Positions 10,101 to 19,861 of a stretch of DNA of 32,000 nt are shown here, piece after piece; position 1 is the first letter of the stretch, and the number at the start of each line of letters is the position of its first letter. Under the pieces are notes generated by a model. That model was not told where the DNA came from, did not search any database, and saw nothing but the letters and a program-made list of their open reading frames with translations. Location of the stretch: the NCBI RefSeq assembly GCF_014652315.1, contig NZ_BMYO01000003.1, forward strand, positions 286,914 to 318,913, written 5' to 3'. The DNA comes from Jeongeupia chitinilytica (GTDB lineage Bacteria > Pseudomonadota > Gammaproteobacteria > Burkholderiales > Chitinibacteraceae). Made by a program: the position numbers and the translations under genes.

Positions 10101-11932
10101 TCGCCCGACAGTGGCAACTGGATGCCGATGTCGATGATCCATGCGGCGCTGCCATCGGCAAAGCCCAGCTTGTAGGGGCGCTCGTCCAGTACGCGCACAC
10201 CAAGGTTTTCCAGCAGCGGCAGGCAGTCGGACAGCTCGATGGCGGTGTTGCGGTAAAGCTTCAGCCGCCAAAGCCGGGTATCGGACTGGCTGCCCGGTAC
10301 GATGGTCGTCGCCAGTCTGCCGGTTTCCAGCGCGGTCTCGAGCGCATCGATATCGTGCACCGCGACGCGGGCAGGGTAGTCGGCGCAGTACGCGGCCGAG
10401 AAGGCATTTGCATAACGCTGGTAGCGGACCGCGCCTTGCTCTTCGCCGCCATGGGCGACCAGCTGACGACGAAGCTCGTCCGGCCAGCGCCGGGCGATCT
10501 CGGCGATCTCCGCCTCGATCTCCTGTGCGTCGTACTTAGGATGGGTGCCGTGCGGAATCCGCGTGATGAAGTTGATTCGCGCCAGCGGGCTGTCCGAGAG
10601 CAGGACGTTGAATTCGCAGCTTTCACCGGCCAGCCGTTCGAGCAACAGCTGCTGCACCTTCACCCGGACCTCGGTGGTGTAGTTGTCGCGCGGCACGTAG
10701 AGCATGGCCGACACGTAGCGGCCGTAGATGTCGTCGCGGAAGAAGATGCGGGTCCGGTTGCGCTCCTGCAGACCGACGATGCCGGTAGTGATCCGCGCCA
10801 GCTCGTCGGCATCGGTCTCGATCAGCTCTTCGCGCGGATAGGTGTCGAGCACGTTCAGCAATGCCTTGCCGCGATGGCCGGCCAGATCGGCGCCGGACTG
10901 GACAACCGCGCGAGCGATCTTCTGCCGCAGGATTGGAATCTGCCGCGGCGGCGCATTGTAGGCGCTGGCGGTATACAGGCCGAGGAGGCGCAGCTCGCCA
11001 ACCACCTTGCCCTCGGCGTCGATGCGCTTGAGGCAGACCATATCAAGATATGTAGGCCGATGGATCACCGAACGGGTATCTGCCTTGGTCAGGATCAGCA
11101 GCGTATCGGGGCGATAGGCGATCTTGCGCAGCTCGGGCGTCAGCGACGCCCAGGTGCGCGACGGGCCGCCGACCCCATCGTCACGCAACATGCCCAACCC
11201 GGAACCCGGGGTGATCCACATATTGCCGTCGCCCTGGGCATCATCGATTCGGTAGTCGCGGCAGCCGAGGAAAATGAAGTGGTCGTCACGCAGCCACTCG
11301 AGGTAAGCGACGGCTTCGGCGATTTCGTCCGCGGCCAGTGGCGGCGGGCTCTTGCGCAATTGTTCGAGCGTCTGGCCGAGGTGTTCGGTCATTCTGGGCC
11401 AGTCGGCAACGGCCACCGAGAGCACTTCCAGCGCGCTACGGATTTCCTGCTCGAGCGCGGCCAGCGTCTCCGGGCGGGTCACGCGGTCGATTTCGAAGTG
11501 CATCCATGATTCGTGCGTGCCCGCATCGTCAAGGCCATCAGCCTGGCCGGCGGCATCGCGCACGACACGCAGTACCGGATGAATGACGAGGTGCACGCCG
11601 TAACCGAGGCGGTTGATCGCCATGCCGACGGTATCGACGAGGAAGGGCATGTCATCGACAACCAGCTCGATCACCGTGTGCCGGCACTCCCAGCCGTGCT
11701 CGATCAGCGTCGGATTATTGACGCGGACCAACAGCTCGCCGGCAACGCGCCGCGCGCCAAAGCGCCAGTGCGACAGGGCCGCGCCGGCCCAGTTTTCGGC
11801 ATCCCGGGCGTCAAAGTCCTCGGCGGGAAGATCCGCGTAATAGCGCGCAAACAGCGAGCGGATGTTGTCGGCGAGGGGTTCGCGGGCCTGAGCCAGTGCA
11901 TCGAGCTGCGAACGGGGAACGGAAAAGGTCAT
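7187..11932 (-). CDS. gdhB: Large NAD-specific glutamate dehydrogenase (approx. 180 kDa bacterial GDH class)
   Basis: 1581-aa ORF. Size and sequence style match the giant bacterial NAD-GDH family, e.g. central catalytic region ...[40 protein letters not shown]... and ...[13 protein letters not shown].AN.... The symbol follows Pseudomonas usage. Confidence 0.9.
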   Translation of the reverse strand: [1581 protein letters not shown]

Positions 11933-12141
11933 TTCAGCCTGCTCTGCGTCGTTGAAGCTGACTTGACTCTATACCCCGACCTATGGCGTCGCCAGACCGG
12001 GTTTTCCTCAACCTTGTTTTCCCCAATCGCTAAAGCGCCACAAGGCCGAAACGCCCATCGGTGTCTCTTTGCCGCCCAGCTGTCGGCAATCAGGATTGAC
12101 CGGCAAATTAACCAAACATTACCATAACCTAATATACGTCA

Positions 12142-14388
12142 ATGACATGCCGGCCCCCCATGCACACCGTACGCGCCCGAACCGAAGCCAGCCCGCAAGC
12201 GGGAACGCTGATCGCCTGCCGCGACCTTGCGCTGGAGATGCTGACCGAGTCGCTGGATGACTTCTTCGAAGAGCTCGAGGAAACGTTCTTCCAGCTCGCC
12301 GAAACGACGACGGAGCGCGGCCTGCGCGACCAGTATTTCGATGCCCGGGTCGAAGCGCGGACCAAGAAGGACGCCATCGTGGCAGCCTTCAAACAGCAGT
12401 TTCTGGCCAGCTTTGAAGCCAGCCTGCAAACGCGCGATCCGCGCAACGAAAGCAGTTTCTACCAGGTCAGCCTGACACCGGACGCGCTGTCGCTGGTGGC
12501 CAACGACGAATACGAAGCTTCGCTGACGCTGAGCAGCGTCACCAATGCCATGCAGCAGAAGGGCGGCGATACGCTGACCCAGCTCGAGCAACGGCTGGCA
12601 ACCCTGCTGCCCGAGCGCAGCGAATCCACCGGGCCACTGAGCCCGAAAGCCATCTGCGAAGCCTTTCTCAATGCCTGCCAGCAGCTTGAAAGCGGCCTGG
12701 CCGCGCGTCTCGTTGCCTTGCGCACATTCGAAACCGAGCTGTCGGGCCGCGTCGCGGGCGTTTATCAGCAGCTCAACCAGTATCTGATCCAGCAGAACGT
12801 TGCACTTCCCGGGTTGACGCGCCGGACCGGCTCGCGGGGCGAGCCGCATACTGCGACATCACAGGCAGGGAGCGATAGTGCGTACGCACCGCAAGGCGAC
12901 TTCGGTGCGAGGGGCGGAGAGGGTACAGGCAGCGCTCCCGTCACGCCGGCATCGTTGTTGCGTCCCGAGCTGATTGCCCACCTGAACCAGCTCTTCTCGG
13001 CCGGCGCGCCATCAACACGGCGCCCGGTTCGCCCGGACTGGTTCAACTTCCTCGATCACCTGCAGCAGGATTCGTTTGGCACCTCGCAGGACCTGTTCGC
13101 CCAGCCGGAAAACCTGCTGGCCCTGCTGCGCGGCAGCCGCTGGACACAGGAACTCGACCGGGTCGACACGATGACGGTCGAACTGGTCACCCTGCTGTTC
13201 GATCGGCTGTTCGACGATACCCGCCTGCCCAGTGCAGCCAAGGGGCTGCTTTCACGCCTGCAGGTGCCGGCCCTGAAAGCCGCCATGCTCGACGCGGGTT
13301 TTTTTAGCGACAAGTCGCACCCGGCGCGACGGCTGATCGACCGGATTGCCGAGGCCAGCCTCGAATGGCAGGAAGAACCGTCCGAAAACGACGCCCGGCT
13401 GCGCAAGTTTGCCGAGCTGATCGCCGAGGTTGCGGCAACCTTCAGCGACGACGCCGGCGTTTTCCAGACGGCACTGGATTCGCTCAATCGCTGGCTCGAA
13501 GCCGAAAGCAGCGCGATCGATGCATCGATCAGCGAGCAGGCAGAAGCACTGCTCGCCGGAGAGATCAGCGAACTGGCGCAGGCCACGGTGCAGGCACTGC
13601 TGGAGCAGCGGCTTCAACCGTCGCACCCGCCCGTTGTCGTCGCCTTCATCTCGGAGCAATGGCATGTCGCGCTTGTGGCAGCCTACGACGCCAGCGGTGA
13701 GTCGGCACCGCTCTTCGTCGAACGACTCGCGGTTGTCGACGACCTGCTGTGGAGTGTCGCCCCCAAGGTCCGTCCGGAAGACCGGTTGCAGCTCGTCAAC
13801 ACCCTCCCGGCCTTGCTCGCCCGGCTTGAAAAAGGCATGCGCGACACCGGGGTAGCCGACGAAGTTCGCAAGGCGTTCTTTGCCGAACTGGTGCAACTGC
13901 ACGCCAGCGCAATCCGCCAGGGCTTGAAACTCGCCCTGACCGTCACAGTGGAAACGGCGCCGCAAGTACCTGCAGCGCGCACGCCCGTGCCGGCCACGCC
14001 GATCGAGCTGGATGTCATCGTCCCGGCACGTCCGGCGACGCCTGAAATCGAGTACATCACCGACGAGCCAGCACCGGTGGAGATCGGCGCTTCACACGCG
14101 TCCGAGCCGGAGACATCCACCGAGCCGGCCGTTGTCGCAGATCTTCTGGCGCGTGGTGACTGGGTCGAATGGTATGACGGCGATGCGCCACCACGGCGCC
14201 TGCGGGTCGGCTGGGTCAGCCCGCAGGGCACCCGCTTCCTGCTGACCAGCCGTACCGACAAGGGCCTGACACTGATGCGGAACGAGGTTGAAGCGCATCT
14301 GGCCAGCGGCGCACTGGTCCGCATCGACCTTGGTGCCGGAGTGACCGAAGACGCATTCAGCCAGTTGCGGGATGCGCTGACCGTCTGA
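12142..14388 (+). CDS. Conserved protein of unknown function, DUF1631-like
   Basis: 748-aa ORF. The N-terminus (...ACRDLALEMLTESLDDFFEELEETFFQLAETTTERGLRDQYFDARVEARTKKDAIVAAFKQQF) and C-terminus (GDWVEWYDG...LRVGWVSPQGTRFLLTSRTDKGLTL) resemble what I remember of the DUF1631 family of beta/gamma-proteobacteria. Family assignment is from memory and needs an HMM search. An alternative start is ATG 12160. Confidence 0.6.
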   Translation: MTCRPPMHTVRARTEASPQAGTLIACRDLALEMLTESLDDFFEELEETFFQLAETTTERGLRDQYFDARVEARTKKDAIVAAFKQQFLASFEASLQTRDPRNESSFYQVSLTPDALSLVANDEYEASLTLSSVTNAMQQKGGDTLTQLEQRLATLLPERSESTGPLSPKAICEAFLNACQQLESGLAARLVALRTFETELSGRVAGVYQQLNQYLIQQNVALPGLTRRTGSRGEPHTATSQAGSDSAYAPQGDFGARGGEGTGSAPVTPASLLRPELIAHLNQLFSAGAPSTRRPVRPDWFNFLDHLQQDSFGTSQDLFAQPENLLALLRGSRWTQELDRVDTMTVELVTLLFDRLFDDTRLPSAAKGLLSRLQVPALKAAMLDAGFFSDKSHPARRLIDRIAEASLEWQEEPSENDARLRKFAELIAEVAATFSDDAGVFQTALDSLNRWLEAESSAIDASISEQAEALLAGEISELAQATVQALLEQRLQPSHPPVVVAFISEQWHVALVAAYDASGESAPLFVERLAVVDDLLWSVAPKVRPEDRLQLVNTLPALLARLEKGMRDTGVADEVRKAFFAELVQLHASAIRQGLKLALTVTVETAPQVPAARTPVPATPIELDVIVPARPATPEIEYITDEPAPVEIGASHASEPETSTEPAVVADLLARGDWVEWYDGDAPPRRLRVGWVSPQGTRFLLTSRTDKGLTLMRNEVEAHLASGALVRIDLGAGVTEDAFSQLRDALTV

Positions 14389-14431
14389 AGCGCCGGGCCG
14401 GGGCTTGTCCCGGTCTGGTAAACTCCGGGGC

Positions 14432-16333
<1,902 letters not shown>

Positions 16334-16340
16334 TCCGTAC

Positions 16341-16371
16341 AAAAAAAGGGAGCCTGCGGGCTCCCTTTTTT
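16341..16371. terminator. Rho-independent terminator after yheS (A7 / T6 flanked, bidirectional shape)
   Basis: Stem GGGAGCC-TGCG-GGCTCCC followed by TTTTTT, 8 nt after the yheS stop. Confidence 0.8.
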
Positions 16372-16400
16372 CATGCGGCATGATCAGTGCCCCCATAAAC

Positions 16401-16433
16401 AAAAACCCCGGCAACTGTCGGGGTTTTTGTTTT
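16401..16433. terminator. Rho-independent terminator after adhE (minus strand), bidirectional shape
   Basis: AAAAACCCCG-GCAACTGT-CGGGGTTTTTGTTTT, immediately downstream of the adhE stop (16446). Confidence 0.75.
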
Positions 16434-16445
16434 CAGCACGGCGAC

Positions 16446-19073
16446 TTACTTCGCCTTGGCTTCTTCGCGCTCGTACGCCTCGACATACGGACGGCCGTAG
16501 TAGCTGTCGAGCAGCAGCTGCTTCAACTCCGAGATCAGCGGGTAGCGCGGGTTGGCACCGGTACACTGGTCATCGAATGCTTCTTCGGCTACTTCGTCGA
16601 GCTTGGCGAGGAACTCCTTCTCCGGCACGCCGGCCGCCTGGATCGACATCGGAATGTCGAGGCAAGCCTTCATCTCGTCCACCCAGGCGATGAGCGACTC
16701 GACCTTCTGGTCGTCGTTCTTGCCCGGCAGACCGAGGTATTCGGCGATGTCGGCGTAGCGGCACTTGCCGATCGGACGGTCGTACTGGCTGAACGCGGTC
16801 TGTTTGGTCGGAATGTCGGCCGAGTTGTAACGGATGACGTTCGAGATCAGCAGGGCGTTGGCCAGGCCGTGCGCCAGATGGAACTCGGCACCGATCTTGT
16901 GCGCCATCGAGTGGCAGACGCCGAGGAATGCGTTGGCAAACGACATGCCGGCAATCGTGGCGGCGTTATGCACCTGTTCACGGGCCTTCGGATCCTTGGC
17001 GCCGTTGGCGTACGAGGAGGGCAGGTAGTCCTTCAGCAGCTTCAGCGCCTGCAGGGCCTGCGGGTCCGAGTACTCGGTCGCCATCACCGAGGCATAGGCT
17101 TCCAGTGCGTGCGTCACCGCGTCGATGCCACCGTAGGCGGTCAGGCTCTTCGGCATGTCCATGACCAGGTTGGCGTCGATGATTGCCATGTTCGGCGTGA
17201 GCTCGTAGTCGGCGATCGGGTACTTCACACCGGTCTTCTCGTCGGTCACCACGGCAAACGGCGTCACTTCCGAACCGGTACCCGAGGTGGTCGGGATCGC
17301 AATCAGCTCGGCCTTCACGCCCATCTTCGGGAACTTGTAGATGCGCTTGCGGATGTCCATGAAGCGCAGGGCCAGTTCTTCGAAGTGGACGTCCGGGTGC
17401 TCGTACATCACCCACATGATCTTGGCCGCATCCATCGGGCTACCGCCGCCCAGTGCGATGATCACGTCCGGCTTGAAGGTGTTCAGCAGCGCTACGCCTG
17501 CACGGACCACTTCCAGCGTCGGATCGGCCGGCACGTCGTAGAACACTTCGACTTCGAGGCCCATCTGCTTGAGGATGCGGATGGTTTCGTCGCAGAAACC
17601 GTTGTTGAACAGGTAGTGGCCGGTGACGATGGCGGCGCGCTTCTTGTTGCTCAGTTCCTCGAGTGCGATCGGCAGGCAACCGCGGCGGAAATAGATGCTC
17701 TTCGGCAGTTTGTGCCACAACATGTTTTCGGCCCTCTTCGCGACGGTTTTCTTGTTGATCAGGTGCTTCGGACCAACGTTCTCGGAGATCGAGTTGCCGC
17801 CCCAGGAACCGCAACCCAGCGTCAGCGACGGCGCCAGCTTGAAGTTGTACAGGTCGCCGATACCGCCTTGCGACGACGGCGTATTGATGAGGATCCGTGC
17901 GGTCTTCATCTTGTCGCCGAAGTAGTTGATACGCTCGCCCTGCAGATCCTGATCGGTATACAGCGAGGAGGTGTGGCCGATGCCGCCCAGCGCGACCAGC
18001 GCCTCGGCCTTGGTCACTGCATCGTAGAAGTCCTTGGCGCGGTACATGCCCAGCACCGGGCTCAGTTTTTCGTGCGCGAAGGCTTCTTCTTCACCGACCG
18101 ACGTCACTTCACCGATCAGTACCTTGGTGTACGGCGGCACCTTGACGCCGGCCATCTCGGCGATCTTGATTGCGGACTGGCCGACAATGTTGGCATTCAG
18201 GCCGCCATTGATCAGGATGACTTTGCGGACTGCTTCGGCGTCCTTTTTGCTAAGGATGTGGCCACCGTTCTTCGAGAAGCGCTCCTTGGCAGCTTCATAG
18301 ACTTCGTCGACGATGATCACGGCCTGTTCGGACGCGCAGACCACGCCGTTGTCGAAGGTCTTCGACATCAGGATCGACGCCACCATGCGCTTGATGTCGG
18401 CGGTTTCGTCAACGACGACCGGGGTGTTGCCGGCACCGACGCCGATCGCCGGCTTGCCGGACGAATAGGCGGCCTTGACCATGCCCGGACCACCGGTCGC
18501 GAGGATCAGGTTCACATCCGGGTGCTTCATCAGGTGATTCGACAGCTCGACGCTCGGTGCATCGATCCAGCCGATGATGTCGCGGGGCGCACCGGCAGCA
18601 ACAGCGGCCTCGAGCACCAGACGCGCAGCGGCGTTGGTCGAATCCTTGGCGCGCGGGTGCGGGCTGAAGATGATGCCGTTGCGGGTCTTCAGCGAAATCA
18701 GCGCCTTGAAGATCGCGGTCGACGTCGGGTTGGTCGTCGGGACGATGCCACAGATGATGCCGATCGGCTCGGCGATGGTGATCGTGCCGAACGCATCGTC
18801 GGTCGACAGTATCCCGCAGGTCTTTTCGTCCTTGTAGGCGTTGTAGATGTATTCCGATGCGAAGTGGTTCTTGATGACCTTGTCTTCAAGCACGCCCATG
18901 CCGGTTTCGGAAACCGCTTGCTTGGCCAGCGGAATGCGCGCATCGGCAGCAGCCAGCGCCGCACAGCGGAAGATGTTGTCGACTTGCTCCTGGGTATAGG
19001 TTGCAAACAGTTGCTGCGCTTTTTTGACACGGGCAACCAGTGCGTCGAGTTCTTGCACCGAGGTAACGGCCAT
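16446..19073 (-). CDS. adhE: Bifunctional acetaldehyde-CoA / alcohol dehydrogenase
   Basis: 875-aa ORF with an N-terminal aldehyde dehydrogenase domain and a C-terminal iron-type alcohol dehydrogenase domain (..GGGSPMDAAKIMW.., ..HSMAHKIGAEFHLAHG..). Length and order are typical of AdhE. Confidence 0.95.
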   Translation of the reverse strand: MAVTSVQELDALVARVKKAQQLFATYTQEQVDNIFRCAALAAADARIPLAKQAVSETGMGVLEDKVIKNHFASEYIYNAYKDEKTCGILSTDDAFGTITIAEPIGIICGIVPTTNPTSTAIFKALISLKTRNGIIFSPHPRAKDSTNAAARLVLEAAVAAGAPRDIIGWIDAPSVELSNHLMKHPDVNLILATGGPGMVKAAYSSGKPAIGVGAGNTPVVVDETADIKRMVASILMSKTFDNGVVCASEQAVIIVDEVYEAAKERFSKNGGHILSKKDAEAVRKVILINGGLNANIVGQSAIKIAEMAGVKVPPYTKVLIGEVTSVGEEEAFAHEKLSPVLGMYRAKDFYDAVTKAEALVALGGIGHTSSLYTDQDLQGERINYFGDKMKTARILINTPSSQGGIGDLYNFKLAPSLTLGCGSWGGNSISENVGPKHLINKKTVAKRAENMLWHKLPKSIYFRRGCLPIALEELSNKKRAAIVTGHYLFNNGFCDETIRILKQMGLEVEVFYDVPADPTLEVVRAGVALLNTFKPDVIIALGGGSPMDAAKIMWVMYEHPDVHFEELALRFMDIRKRIYKFPKMGVKAELIAIPTTSGTGSEVTPFAVVTDEKTGVKYPIADYELTPNMAIIDANLVMDMPKSLTAYGGIDAVTHALEAYASVMATEYSDPQALQALKLLKDYLPSSYANGAKDPKAREQVHNAATIAGMSFANAFLGVCHSMAHKIGAEFHLAHGLANALLISNVIRYNSADIPTKQTAFSQYDRPIGKCRYADIAEYLGLPGKNDDQKVESLIAWVDEMKACLDIPMSIQAAGVPEKEFLAKLDEVAEEAFDDQCTGANPRYPLISELKQLLLDSYYGRPYVEAYEREEAKAK

Positions 19074-19159
19074 GGTGTATCTCCTTGGTTTTCACGGACT
19101 TGCTTGGCTGATGCGATACGGAAGGGACAACCAACCGGACCCAAATCATTTCGTAGTCA

Positions 19160-19199
19160 TATTAATCCCTGAGCGCCACGATAGTTTGATCTGGATCAA
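19160..19199 (-). promoter_or_regulatory. adhE promoter: perfect FNR/Anr-type box TTGAT-N4-ATCAA plus candidate -10
   Basis: TTGATCTGGATCAA at 19186-19199 is a perfect match to the FNR consensus half-sites. The minus strand reads TAATAT at 19160-19165. This places the box centre roughly 40 nt upstream of a predicted start site (class II geometry). adhE is classically induced under anaerobiosis. Confidence 0.55.
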
Positions 19200-19222
19200 G
19201 TCGCAATCTGCAATTAGTTACA

Positions 19223-19250
19223 GAGTCGTATAATGTATATTATGTCAAGT
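19223..19250 (+). other. dif-like XerC/XerD recombination site, left prophage junction (attL; probably the functional chromosomal dif)
   Basis: GAGTCGTATAA-TGTATA-TTATGTCAAGT compared with E. coli dif GGTGCGCATAA-TGTATA-TTATGTTAAAT (from memory). The central hexamer is identical, the XerD arm matches 9/11 and the XerC arm 7/11. Confidence 0.7.
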
Positions 19251-19252
19251 TA
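19232..19252 (+). repeat. Left copy of the 21-bp perfect direct repeat (att core)
   Basis: AATGTATATTATGTCAAGTTA is identical to 26385-26405. The flanking bases differ on both sides. Confidence 0.95.
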
Positions 19253-19345
19253 CATCCTAATCCTGATCGGACTGACCCGATTTCGAGCCCATCAAGCCCA
19301 CCCCGTTTTCAGCCCTCTTTAGCCGCACTTTCTTGTGCCGAAATA

Positions 19346-19374
19346 ACAACAGCCGCCCGATGGGCGGCTGTTGT
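19346..19374 (+). terminator. 13-bp perfect hairpin at the dif-proximal phage end (candidate terminator of the repressor gene in the circular form)
   Basis: ACAACAGCCGCCC-GAT-GGGCGGCTGTTGT. It lacks a strong T-run on the plus strand, so a function as terminator, attenuator or structural element is uncertain. Confidence 0.4.
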
Positions 19375-19393
19375 ACTTCTAGGGAGAAAAACA

Positions 19394-19861
19394 ATGAAAA
19401 TGAACGTACCGACCGCTCAATACAAAGTCTCAACGCAGGATCTCATCTTCGCCATCACCAGTTTGCCGCCGTCTACGGTCGCCGATGTATGCGGCGTCGG
19501 CATCGATCAGGTGCAACGGTGGAAAGTCGGTGCCGATCCGCTGCCGTTCGCCGTCTACCAGCTGTTGCGGTTTTTCGGCATGCGAACGGTCCCCAGTGGA
19601 TTCGGCGCGTGGTCTGGCTGGCGATTCACCGAGGACACGATCATCCCGCCCGGTGGCGGCCGACGAGATGGCGCGCGGATACAGGACGTGATGTTTATCC
19701 GGCACTGGTACATCGATCGGCAGCTTCTCGAGAGGCAATCGAACCTGATCGACGATCTGACGCGGCAGCTCGACTTCTACAAGCGTCAGTGCACGCTGGA
19801 AGCCCGTTACGGGCTGATGCTCGCCACGCTATTCGGCAATGGCGGCCATCTGGCAACTTAG
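19394..19861 (+). CDS. Small phage protein, putative HTH regulator (DUF3653-like, from memory)
   Basis: 155-aa ORF with SD GGGAG 8 nt upstream. HTH-like segment SLPPSTVADVCGVGIDQVQRWKVG followed by a GWRF...IIPPGG segment. Homologous to the N-terminal ~148 aa of ORF 26507 (shared SLPP.T.A...G, .GFG...G.R., NLI..L....DFY.RQC....RYG). Confidence 0.6.
   Translation: MKMNVPTAQYKVSTQDLIFAITSLPPSTVADVCGVGIDQVQRWKVGADPLPFAVYQLLRFFGMRTVPSGFGAWSGWRFTEDTIIPPGGGRRDGARIQDVMFIRHWYIDRQLLERQSNLIDDLTRQLDFYKRQCTLEARYGLMLATLFGNGGHLAT

Noticed and set aside
5591-11509. 1972-aa plus-strand ORF spanning the lysS 5' end, prfB and most of the NAD-GDH gene
   Set aside because: It lies antisense to three well-supported genes and crosses two intergenic regions. 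The translation is Ala/Arg/Gly/Leu-rich low-information sequence, typical of stop-free antisense frames in GC-rich DNA. Giant GDH genes are known for such shadow ORFs. No RBS or motif supports it.
12139-12849. 236-aa minus ORF, and several ORFs nested within 12142..14388
   Set aside because: They overlap the long DUF1631-like ORF. They lack an RBS and have shadow-type composition.
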